Shown piece by piece: positions 25,190 to 37,000 of a stretch of DNA of 64,000 nt. Numbering within the stretch: position 1 is the stretch's first letter; every line of letters begins with the position of its first letter. The notes below the pieces were generated by a model. That model saw only the letters and a list, made by a program, of their open reading frames with translations, was not told where the DNA came from and ran no database searches. The DNA comes from Selaginella moellendorffii (Eukaryota; Plantae; Lycopodiophyta), in contig NW_003314315.1 in the NCBI RefSeq assembly GCF_000143415.4, positions 1 to 64,000 on the forward strand, written 5' to 3'. The position numbers and the translations under genes were made by a program.

Positions 25190-26282
25190 TTTGATCAGAT
25201 TCCAGTATAGGATGTAGTTTGCTGGAACTCGCTACTTATCAGAACGGATATATTGGTATGGCTGCCGCCTGAATTTGAATAACTAAAGCACTATTATATG
25301 AGTATGGACTATCTTTTTAAGTTGGAGGCACTAGTGATGTGAGCGATGCTCGCTTTCCTTAAGGATATCCTAAGTACTCCCTGTGCCATAATTCTCTACC
25401 TCAAAAGTACACTTAGCTCAGAAAAGTGAAATCATTTATAAAGAGACTAGCTAAACTGCTGCGTAACCTTGTGTTATTGTGAAAGTTCTTGCTTTTTCGT
25501 CATTCTATTTACTTTAATCGATCTTCAATCTATTCTCGGGCTTTATGATTCCCATATTCTTGTCTTGCTTGCTCACAACACTTTGTGTTTTTCCTGCAGA
25601 GGATTCCAAAGTGTTGGATCTGGTACTATTGGATCTGTCTGGCCTTATCATGTCCTAGTATGGAGACCGTCTATGTGTAAAAGTTTTTGATATTTTCTTT
25701 GGGAAAACAAAAGAGTTTGAAACTTTTGTGTTTTTTGGGATAAAGTCTCATACTTATATTAGAGATGTCCCAACACTTATTAAAGTCTTCAACTAAAATT
25801 ATAATAATGAATGCATTTCACTACAAAATTAAGCAAGCTATTTAATTATTGATATTTTTTATAACAAATACTGGGTAACTGGAATAAAAGTTTCTGCTAG
25901 GATTGCATGTAGTAAAACAAATAGCCACAGCTGAGCTCTGAGAATTACTTTGATTGGATAGTGTAAAGTTGTGATGAGTTTCTGTATAAATGTAGCACTT
26001 TCCTGGACGACTGGAAGATCAGATTCCAAGTCTTTAAAATCACCTTATACGTTTGCTTGTCTGAGAAGATCCTCGGCTTTTAGCTCCTGGACTTTCTCCA
26101 AGGCGTGTTCCTGGCTCAAATGGACGCGCTAAGATTTACAGTGTTTCTAGACACAGCAATATACGGACAGCACCGCCAGATCCTGGGGGCAAGCTCAGCC
26201 ATCCAGGTAGTAGTAGGAACCGGCAGCCTTTTGTTCGCGATCTTTGGTGGAATCGAGCTTGTTGATCCGCGGCCTAAAGTTT

Positions 26283-26670
26283 GCTCGTTCTGCCACCGCA
26301 AGCCCCGACCGCCGGGAGTCCGCATTTCCCATATGCCGTGATGAGCATCGTGCCCAGCGATCGAGCGCAGCGCTCAGTCACGACGATGTGATTGTGAACC
26401 CTGCGATGATTCGGCGCCGCCTTGAAGCTGATACAGCGCCGGAGCATACCTTCTAGGTCGCCGTCGTCGCCGCATTCCAGGATCGTTGTCGACGATCCCC
26501 GGATCGTAATCTACCGATGCTGGCTTGGCGACTGTGGCGACAAGCAGCAGGGAATCGCGCGGCCTCGGCGGCGGTGGAGTGTGGGGCACCGCGTGTTCCT
26601 GAGCTTGCTCCGCATCAGCGCCTTGGCGACAATCTCCCTCGTCTTTGGTCCCAAGAACCCTAAACCCATC
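26283..26670 (-). pseudogene. 5' half of the PPR gene (decayed direct copy of ~17760-18235)
   Basis: TPPPPRPRDSLLLVATVAKPASVDYDP with deletions. Confidence 0.8.
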
Positions 26671-26739
26671 CCGCGCCGAGAATATCCTTTTCCGTGCCTC
26701 CTCTCTGTTTTTAGGGCTTCCTAGGTCTTTCGTTGGGAA

Positions 26740-29700
26740 ATGGAGAAGCTGGTGGTTGCCGCGCTCGAGGAGATCGCAGCGGAAGGGCCTCGAGGTGAGC
26801 GCGATCCTCCGAAATATCGTTTCGCTTCTCTCTCGCGTGATTCCAATCGATTTTCTGCCCCGCAGGATGCGATCTTGCCAAGCTTTGGTCCCTGATCCAA
26901 TGTGCTCCGGCGGCGGCGGCGCTTGGGGCCGATGTTCTCGACGATCACATCAAACAGGAGATCTGGAGGAGCTTGCTGCGGGTGCCGGGGTTGAGCATCA
27001 CTGACGCGGCCGGGGGAGCCTGTGATTCCAGCTTGGTGGAGACGTTTGAAACGGCAGAGAGAATGGGAGTCGTCGCGGTGGCCTCGCAGGAGCTACGAGA
27101 CGGGTGCTTGGGGCTATACGATATCAGCCATGCTGACACACAGCCTTCTCAGATCCAGCACGCCATTCTCGAGCGTCTGGCAAGTGCACGGTACTACATT
27201 TTTTCTCTTTCGATTCTTCATATCTCTTTTTTCTTCTGTTGTGAAAGAAGTTTTGGTTTTTGTTTCTTCTAGGACGAAAGGAGTGACCCAGAACGAGCTT
27301 GGGAAAGAGTTCAAAGTGGAAGGAAACAAGCTCTTTTACATCCTCAGGAGTCTGGAAGTCAGAGGCCTCATAGTGAGGAAGTCGATACTTTTGCGCAACA
27401 ACAAGAAGAACAGCTCCATCGTTGTCACCAACCTTGTGCATCTCGCTCGGTATGCACTAAACTTGTCCCTGAATTCACACCAGCGTCTAGAATCCAACAC
27501 GGTTGAGGAGGCCGGGGAGGGCTCTCCCAATGGTGGAAAACAGTTGACGATAAACGATGATGTGCCGGCAATGAGAGCCATTTGTGAGAAGCTTCAGGAA
27601 GCTGATGGAAAGGTAATGATTTCATCACTTCTGTTTTGCCTGCGACTCTCACTGTTTCTCTCTTTTTTTTCGAAGGTTCTTGTTGTGTCCGATCTGAAAT
27701 TAACACTGGGGTACCGTTTAGCAGCTGGTCATCGTGCATGGCGACGAGTGGGTTACTATGTTTAAGTTTCCTCCTTAGTGCTAACTGTTTGCATTATTAC
27801 AGCTTGTGAAGAGATTAGAAGAAGGCGGGTATGTTACTAATATTAAAGCAAAAATTGGTCGGAAGGTAAAGGATGCTGTTTGCTATGTTCTTGGGCTACT
27901 AACGTAAAAAACTCTTTTCAGGAGAAGCCTTGTCTCCAGCTGTTGAAGCCGTTTAATGACCTTGAGCAGCAGTCTCCTGCAGGCGATGGTGACATCGAGC
28001 TCAAGGGTCCGAAAAGAGGACAGGTCACACAACAACTTGTTGATCTTTCAGTTGATCAGCAGATCTACAACATGATTGACGATGAAGGTGCCGATGGTGT
28101 GACAATGATGGAGGTATTTTTCTCCTTGTCCGCTTCTATCTTGTTCTCAATAGTAACTTCAGGTATGGAAGCGGATTGGCTTAAACAATAAGCGGAATTA
28201 CTATCGCATCCAGAACATGACAGTGAAACATGGTCTTCTTTTTGAAGCTGAAAACCACAAGCGATCCACTATTTATCGGCTAAGAACCACAAAGAGAAAA
28301 CGCAGTGACAGTGAGAACGAAAACGACGATGAACCCAGAGAAACTGGTGCCGATCCCGATTCATTATTCAAAATGGAAGTTGAAGAAGATGCCAACGCCG
28401 TTGTGGCATCTCTCCAACAAGAGGGAGCAGCGAGTACAAGCAGTCCAGCTGACCAGACGGCTCCAGCTGCTGCATTTCCTCCTCCATCGCTCTTCCGGAA
28501 AGGACAGGCGTATCCTTGTCTCACCGTTACAACTACAAGTATTCAGCGAGAGAAACATATCTTGGCGCGGTTACAGGAAGAAAAGTTTCTCGTGCGAGCT
28601 GAGCTGCATAGGTGGCTGGAGAGCATAAGCTCTCAAAAGACCACTATGGACCGTAAAACGCTGATTCGGACACTTGAGAAGCTGCAGAGTGAAGGGAAAT
28701 GCAAGTGCGTCACGCTCGAAATCCCAGGGACAACAAACTGTGGCCGCAAACGCAAGGCAGACATCGTCTTGCTTCCGTCAGTAGAGCTGGACTTCGACCT
28801 TTTGAACGCGATTCATGAGCGCATCCGAAAAGCTGAGACCGACAATCGACTCCAGGGACGAGAGAAAAGCGCAGCGGCAGGCTCGACAGCGGTTGTAGTG
28901 ACGGGGTTGAAGAGAATGAAGTTGGAACACAGGAAGCCTCTTCTTGACCCAAGCACGAAGCCGGTGGCACTTCAAGAAAATGGCTATATTCCTGCTAAGA
29001 TGGTTCGTGTCCGTATGCTGCACCATTTTCTCTGGAGGTACACTAACAATCAGCACATTGGGAATGGGTACAGAATTTTCGGCTTAACGGACGCTTTGCT
29101 GACGATGCCACTGGAATTGTTCTTACAAGTGGTTGGTTCGAGCAGGTCCATCAATAACTTGGCGGAGCGCTGTAAGCAAGGTACGCGTATCTGTGAACTT
29201 TCTCCAACCGAGCAGGCCGCTCTTCTTGATTCTACGGCTGGAGGACGGCTGGCTTGGCTGGTGGACGTACTTCGCCGGCTCAAGGTCAGTAGTTCTTCAG
29301 CTGGTTCCATACAGATTTTTCGAACCATGTTGGTTAAATTGTTCGTTTTCTTTTCTGTTTAGCTTCTCCGCTTCGCGCTCGACTGCCCGGTTTCTCCACA
29401 AGCCACAGGTCAATTTGGTAGCATAACCCTGATGGAAGCCACTGTATCCTACGCGATGGAGGAGCAAATATATATTCAGGAGCCTCCTCCACCCCCACTT
29501 CATGCGTGGACGAGTAAAACTGCACCTGATTCCTTGACTCAACACAATTTCGACATTGTTTCCGAAGGACAACTCGAAAAATACTGGGAGTTTTTGGAAT
29601 ATTTCTACTCGGGGGCAGACCCATCCATTGCTCGACATGCTTTTCCGGGATCAAACGTTCCTGAAGTGAGTATGCAAGGTTTACATCTTCAGTCACTTTC

Positions 29701-32431
29701 ATGTGTTGCTGGATTGACAGGTATTTGGTTTGAGATCCTGGACATCGCTACGTGTGATGACTATGGACCAGCGCAACGAGCTTTTCAAGCGACTAAACGA
29801 TGTAGAACGTTTGTCAGTGAAGGAGTGCGCTCAGGTTTCTAAGGATTTGAACCTTACGCTCCAGCAGGTTCGTTACTGTGCTTCAAAGGCATTACTTCAA
29901 GGAAATAATTTCAGGTCCTGCGGTACTCGTATGAGAAAAACCGGAGACTACGATTACAATCTTTAAAGGCTGCTGACGACTTCATGGAAGTGTTCACGAA
30001 CATTTCAGATTTGCCTGGTGAAACTTTCCTTTCCAAGGCCGTTCCGAAACAGATCACAGAAGTTGCAAACGAAGACGCGAGTGGTGGAGACGAAATTGAT
30101 GACAATGTCAACCATGGCAATCATATCAGTGTTAACAAGCTAAAACCAGCGAGGTCGAGATTTCCTTGGTCTGATAGCGTGGACAGGTACGTCCTGTTGT
30201 TGTATTTTATTAATGCGTGTTGATTTATTGTTTTCTATGCTGTAGGGTGGTTGCCTTCGCATACGCAAAGCACCGGGCACTTACAATGAATCGTATAATC
30301 TGGAAAGAAGTGAAAGATCTTCCTGCACCTCCAATGACGTGTCGCAGGCGGATATCACAATTGAAGACTGAACCTACTGTAAAGAAGGCGCTTTTCAACC
30401 TTTGTTCGCTACTAGCTGCTCGTTACGATCGGTACTGCAGTCTCGAAGACCAGGAAGGTGGAGGCGGAGGCTTCGAATATGATCCAGAGGGATGTGACAT
30501 GTCCGGGTTCAAAGAGGCAGAGAGTCGTCACTACTCTGAATACTACTGGGATAATCCAAGGGATCATGCGGTGGCTTCTGCGCTGGACGAGTTTATCAGG
30601 TGCAAGAATCTCTCGCGCTCAGCTGTTAACAGGCAGATCCCAAAGAAGGGTGTTACGGGGTCGGGCAGCAACGCGCTTGCAAACAGCATAGAGCCTCATC
30701 GACTTTTGAAGACACAAGTGGTGGCAACAAAAGTTTCGGTAAAGAAACGTGCCAAACGAGCAGCGAAAAGAAGGCCAGCTTCTCTTCAGATTGCGAATCC
30801 CGAGCAAGTTGTTCGTACGTCTCTTGGAGCTGCAAATGCCGTGGAGTTGATCAAGCTCATCTTTCTCAACTCATATGTCAGCGACGGTCGTGTACACGTG
30901 CCAAAGGCTTTTGTAGACGGCCTCCATCAGTTCAGACACTCGGATATACATGCAGCGTTTAGTTTCCTGAAGGACCGAAGCATGGTGGTAAGTGAGCTTC
31001 CAAATATTGCATTCGTTCGTTTGTGACGGACACTAACTTCCGCTGGCAGACTTCCGGCGGTGGTGAACTCTCATTTTCGTTGTCAGAAGAGTTCAACGCT
31101 AATGCCTTCTCAAGTCCTCTTCCGAGTACGACCTTCCACGAGTTCATGGCCTTCTCCGAGTGGTTTCAGCAGCACGAGGGAGAGCTAGATCAAGGCTGGG
31201 TTCCGTACGATTTGGAAGAAAATTATGGACAGCTTGTACACCTCCTTGGAAGGGTGACAGCCGGTGAGCTACGACTAATGCCAAGACTTCCGCGGGATGG
31301 AATTGGTGAAAGCGATGATCCTAGAACCATTGGATGCTGTATAAAGAGAAGGTTTGACAGTGCGGAGGCTGAACTGGAAGACTGTACTGCCAAGGCGAGA
31401 TTAAGGGGTCTTGGGGGGCAGGATTACTTTCAAGCGGCTCGTCGCGAGAGAGGCTTTCCAGATATTCAGACACTGGTACACCGCGAGGCTTTTACTACAC
31501 CAAGTTTGCTGCACTCGCTGAGCATCGAAGAGGACAATATTCTGATAGATTTCCCGTCTCACACCGAAGAAGGGGAACAATACCACGACGATGCAGGCAG
31601 CCTCTGCGAACCTGAGACTTCGGAAGCAGCAATGCGAGCAATCCAAGACGGTGGTGAGGAAGGCCTTAGTATGGACGAGCTAGGGACGCGCTTGGGATTG
31701 TCCGGTAGGCCATTCACTTTCGTGCTTGAGCGTCTTAATGGTGACACTGTTGCCTTGTGGCTTTCAGGAAACCCGCGTGATATGTCTCGAGCCGAGCAGT
31801 ACGTTAAGGAGCTGGAGTGGTCAGGTCGCGTGAGACGGGTATACTGATTAGAGGTTTAGTCTGAAGTTTTATTAAGAACTATCTCCCTACAGGTGAATGC
31901 TTTTGACCACGTCCGTGCGGTAGTGCAGCCTCACTCAAGGCGTTACAATCTTGGATTTCCGAGCACGACAGAAGCAGAAGGAGAGGATGCGGAGACGGAA
32001 AACACTCAACCGATCCTTCCCTGGTTCACTTCCCAAGGGACTGTCAACACAAGCGTCTTGACGGATTTGAGTCGCCGTGTTATAGGCATTGTCATGGCCA
32101 GCCCTGGCATTTCCGAGGTAAGAGTTTTGTGTCAGCCAGCCCAACGCATGAATCTGTTCTGTGCTGCAGGAGAATCTCCTTCGGCAGATGGACGTGTTGA
32201 ATCCACAGGTTGGTGACAAGAAGTTTTGGTAAGTTTGCTAATTGGTTCAAGTGTCGCTTGCAGACTGCTCGGGAACTGGTCAACTTGCTTCTTGTGGATG
32301 GTAAGATCGTTATGAGAAGCTCGACGTTGGAAGCAGTGGCTCCTCCTCCTTTGCTGGGCAACCTCACCACCAAGAGATGTCACAAAGCAGTACATTATTA
32401 TGTAAATAGTCTGGACACTCTGGCCGTTTAG
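26740..32431 (+). CDS. GTF3C1: B-block-binding subunit of TFIIIC (GTF3C1/Tfc3 family), multi-exon
   Basis: MEKLVVAALEEIAAEG, ILERLASARTKGVTQNELGKEFKVEGNKLFYILRSLEVRGLIVR, MDRKTLIRTLEKLQSEG, ENGYIPAKMVRVRMLHHFLW, MPLELFLQVVG, DLPAPPMTCRRR, VNAFD, ILPW, PGISE; ~50-70 bp GT-AG introns. Confidence 0.88.
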
Positions 32432-32676
32432 TATGTATAAATCACGAAGAATAAATGGTAAAGTCAAACCATATTAAAACTTCCATTCCATCCATTCCCT
32501 CGACATGGCCCGAGCATCCCATAGCTTTCCAGCGAATCTTCTTTCATCGCAGCCATCCACATCCCAATGCAAGTATCTACGATAATCGATCCAGCTTCTG
32601 GGGTCTTAGTGGATGCAAACCAAAGGCAGCAAACCTTGTCACAGACGTCATTAGAGGAGAGGGCCCAGCGAAATGG

Positions 32677-33890
32677 CTAGTGATATTGCAAGCTTTTGTT
32701 GCAGTACGCTTAAAAGAAGCATTCTCCTCGGTGATGAAGTCACTGGACAAGTGAGCGCGATGGAGGGTAAACGAGAATCGATGAGACACTACGCACCATA
32801 TCCGGGACACCGTCTCACTTAGATCCCAGCGGGGACTCCAAGAGTAGTCCTCGTATGCTCGGGAGATTTTACGCCGTTGCGAGTCGAAGTGCTGAGAAAC
32901 GAAGAAACAAAACTTTAGCTCGGCAATATCATCACAACCATAGTTGCAGCTAGACGTGCAAACGTTCAAACGCGTCCACGTTTAAATGCCGTTTAAAACG
33001 TTTTTTTCAGGACAATCAAACGTTTACATGTTAAAGCCTAAAATGATTAAGAAAACACTAATATTTACTAAAGACACTTTAATCTAATATTAAGTTTATA
33101 AAACCCAACCGAATAACATACTAAAACAAATGAAAGAAGAAGCCGTTTCGCTGTTCTGCTTGTCTCAGCACTGGACCAGATTCCGTGCTTGCCACCATAG
33201 ATTCTGCTGGCCCCCCTGAACCCTGTGCGGCTTGCTGCAGCAGATGCCCATCATCGGCATCTGCTGGGTCTGCTAGCTCGAAATCGGAAAAACTGCTGCG
33301 AGGTTTTTTAAGGGTTCATGGCAGGAATTGGAGGACGCCGCAAATGCTGGAGCTGGAAGCATGTGATACAAGCAGAGCGGCACTGGACATGTAGGTATTG
33401 TCATGAGATTCACACTGGGGGAGCGGAGCGAGTGCGAGCACATCTTGCTGGAGTTTGGGCAAGGCAATGAGGGAGATCCCTTATGAAGTTCTGAAGAAAC
33501 CCTAAAGAAACCCTAAAGAAACCTTTGTCTCTTTTCGCAAATAGTGCAAACGCGTTGGGAGTTTAGAACGGCGTTTTTTAACGCGTTTAAAACGTTACGT
33601 TTTTTTAGTTTCATACGTTTTTTGGCAACTATGATCACAACACATAGGTACCTGTGAGCTCTGGGTGGACCTTTGGAAACTGTGTAGAGAGATGTGGATC
33701 TTCAAGAAGAACGTTTCACCAAAGTCTCAGTGCCCGAGAGAGGGAAACAGGAGAGAAACTTTGGTAAGAAGGTGAAAACGCCAGCAGAGGCTATGATGGA
33801 AACTTTTCTGCCAAAATCCTGCAAAACTTCGTGTAAATTCTTCTCTTTAGAAATTAAGCAACCCTTCCAAAGACCGGAAACAATGCTTTG
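32677..33890 (-). pseudogene. Partial 3' duplicate of BRCC45, interrupted by a hAT element
   Basis: Colinear with 47494-48045 (YEDYSWSPRWDLSETVSRI; DFGRKVSIIASAGVFTFL). Confidence 0.85.
32939..33633 (+). mobile_element. Non-autonomous hAT DNA transposon (695 bp) with BED zinc-finger remnant
   Basis: TIRs CATAGTTGC/GCAACTATG. Perfect 8-bp TSD ATCACAAC at 32931-32938 and 33634-33641; single copy at the paralogous empty site (~47746). AAACG/CGTTT subterminal repeats. From 33318: WKHV..HWTCRYCHEIHTGGAERVRAHLAG. Confidence 0.92.
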
Positions 33891-34084
33891 CCTATGGGCC
33901 AAGAAATCAAATAAGTAGGCCCCATTTCGGAGCAGACACCAGGAGCTCAAAGATCCATTGCCGCTGGACCCCTCATCTGCGTCACATCTCCAATGAGTGA
34001 ATCCAGCTTACCTCACGAATGCCTAGAGCACGCCCACATTCCCGCACTCACTCTTGGCATCACATTTGTATCTTTTCTTGCCTC

Positions 34085-37000
34085 TGAGACAAATTGGGAT
34101 CAAAGCGCACCGCGCTAGTGGACAGAACAGGAAAACCCTAATGGACACGTGGCGAGGGTGTATCGTGTAACACTCCCCCCCAAACCGAAGCCACTCACCA
34201 AACCAAATCTGTCACTTAGCTGGTGTGGCCCCAACGGCTTAGTGAGAAGATTGGCTGGCATATCTTGTGTCCCGAGATGTTAGATGGCGAGGGTGCCACT
34301 GTCAACCAACTCATGCACATAGTGAAATTGAACTTCAATGTGCTTCAAGTGAGCATGGTGGACGGGGTTCTTGGACATGGCAATGCTGCTTCGATTGTCA
34401 CACCAAGAAGTAGTGGGGCCAGCTTGTGCACATCCTAGCTCAGCAAGTAACCCTCAAGCCCAGACCACGTCCCTGCTACTAGTAGTGAGTGCGATGTACT
34501 TTGCTTCTGCACTAGAAAGGGCCACAACAGATTGTCGCTTGATGGCACCTCCTGAGAAGGAAAGGCAAATGCCAGAAGTTGAGCAATGACCTTTGTTGTT
34601 GGCAAAACTAGCATCTGTGTAGCATGCCAATGATGCATCACCCCCTAAATAAGCAATGTCATAGTCTATAGTGCCCTAAAGGTATTTCACGATACGCTTG
34701 GCAGCTTACCAATGTATGGTGGTTGGTGATGTGTTGTACTAACTCAAGGCAATAGTTGCATATGTGATGTTGGGGCAAGTCATCAGGGCCAAATATGTGA
34801 AGCAACCAATGAGATGCTGATAGGGAGTCCCAATGGGTAGAGGCTCACCAGACTGCTCAACTTTGAGGTCAATAGCACCAACGACCATCAAGACTTCGAC
34901 TTTACGTCGTTGGCTAAGCATGTAGCCACTAGAATTAGGATCACATGTGACTTCAAAGCCAAGAAAGTAGTAGACTTGGCCAAGGTCCTTCATCTGGAAT
35001 TGCTGGCTGAGAGCATCTTTTAGAGCAGCAATGGCATCGTTGTCATCACCCACGTGTAAGCTCTTAAGTTTGGACTTCTCGGGAGGTTACTTTAAGACCC
35101 TTAACCGATTGGAAAAGGGGGTGCACTCTTATTCATGAGCCTTTTCCCTCTATATTTGAACCCCATGGATTGTCTCTCAAGTCGTTCTCTTTGGTTGCTT
35201 ACAATCCACCACACTTCCCTACAAGTTCACGCCCTCGTGAACAGAAGCTGAGAGCTTGGCTCTCTTGACACCCTACCCCTCAGGTCGAGCCCAGCGGGAG
35301 CAAATTGGACTAGCCAGATGTCAATCAACATGTGGTGCCCTCGTGAACAAAAGCTGAGAGCCCGGCTCTCCAGATGTCAATCAACATGTGGTGCCCTCGT
35401 GAACGGAAGCTGAGAGCCCGGCTTTCTTGACACCTTACCCCTTGGGAGCAAATTGGACCAGCCAGATGTCAATCAACATATGGTGTGATTCCCTTAGCCA
35501 ACCAATAGAGTCGGACCTGAGACCTCTCTGATACCAAATGTAACCTCCTGAGTTTGGACTTCCCAGGAGGTCACCCAGCCCAGTACTATTTAAACTCAAG
35601 GACGCTTAACCCTAAGTATCCCAAGACCCTTAACCGATTGGAAAAGGGGGTGCACTCTTGTTCATGGGCCCTTTCCCTCTATATTTGAACCCTATGGATC
35701 GTCTCTCAAGTTGTTCTCTTTGGTTGCTTACACCATGATAAGCAAATCATCAATGTAGAGGGTCACAATAACCATGCACTCAGCATGACCATTGACATAC
35801 ACATTGTGATCAACATGACAGCGACGAAAGCCTTGAGCACGTAGGGTGGCATAAAATTTTTGATACCAAATACATGAGCTCTATTTTAAGCCATACAAAG
35901 CTTTCCGCAATTGCCATATAGGGCCACCAGGGGCAACATCGTCCTCAAAACCAGGAGGTATATGCATATAGATGTCCTCTTGCAAATCCCCATTCAGAAA
36001 TGCAGTTTTGACGTCCATATGGTGGACTTGCCATTTGCAAGCAGCCGCAAGGGCAAAAAGAGTACGGAGGTTGGCCATTTTTACAACCGATGAGAATGTT
36101 TCATTGTAGTCAAGGCCATGGACTTGGCAAAAACCGTGAACAACCAACTGTGCCTTATAACATACAACTTGGCCATCTTTCCTATACTTTTTGGAAAAAA
36201 TCCATTTTGGATCCAAAACACGTCGTCTTGGTGGCGCTGAATCAACTGGAACATAAGTTCTGTTAACCTGAATGGAAGAAACTTCTTCTGCAATAGCTTC
36301 ATCCAAGATGAAGCCTCAGGTCCTAAGACAGCCTCATCATAGGTCATGGGGATGCCGACGTCAACAAGGCCACAAAAGTCATCAAGCTCTGTAGCATCTG
36401 CTTCAGCATTTTCCTGGACTTTTAACGAGGGCCGACGTTCCCGGGGGTGATCAAGAATTGGCATCGGATCAGGCATGCCACGATGTCGACAAGGTGGTGG
36501 AGGTGTCAGAGGCCTGTCCTCGACTGGAGGAGCATCAACTGGTTCAAGCATATCCAGAAGTGGAGGATTCCCCAATGGAATCTCTGGTGGCAACTCATGA
36601 ATAGGATCTTGAGGCAAAGGCAAGAGTGGACCATCTCCCATAAGTGGGATCAAAGGAACAAGTCGAGTCTCAGCAATAAAAGAAGGATCTTGAAGAGCCT
36701 CTGTACGCATGGGAAAGTTGTCTTCATTGAACATGACATTTGTGCTTACAATAGCCTTGTGAGATGCAAGATCCCACAACTTGTAAGCTTTTCTCCCGAT
36801 GGTGTTGTCCTATGCATATCTCACGAAGATGAATTTCTTACTTTTGGGATCTAGCTTTTTCCGAAGTTGATCAGGGGTATGTGCATATGCTACACAACCG
36901 AAGACCCGAAAGTGGGACACATCAAGAGTAGAACTTGTCTAAAATGCCTCAGGAGTTTTTCCATCTAAAGCAGCCATGGCAAGGTGATTTTGTACATGCA

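Larger units (their letters stand above)
22610..25881. repeat. Right arm of inverted duplication (partner 14243-17470)
   Basis: Reverse complement of the left arm. Confidence 0.9.

Noticed and set aside
33498-33523. Interstitial telomere
   Set aside because: Only two to three AAACCCTAAAG units, inside the hAT element.
35225-35490. Repeat-spacer pattern as a CRISPR array
   Set aside because: Imperfect tandem duplications inside a TRIM in eukaryotic DNA; no unique spacers or cas genes.
35556-35610. 5S rRNA gene (also 55800-55855)
   Set aside because: Only ~55 nt of the internal promoter region is present, embedded in an LTR with a TSD; not a 120-nt rRNA gene.
26740-35732. Functional link between the TFIIIC gene and the nearby 5S-promoter TRIM
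   Set aside because: Proximity only; the TRIM is nested in an unrelated Copia and a second copy lies 20 kb away.
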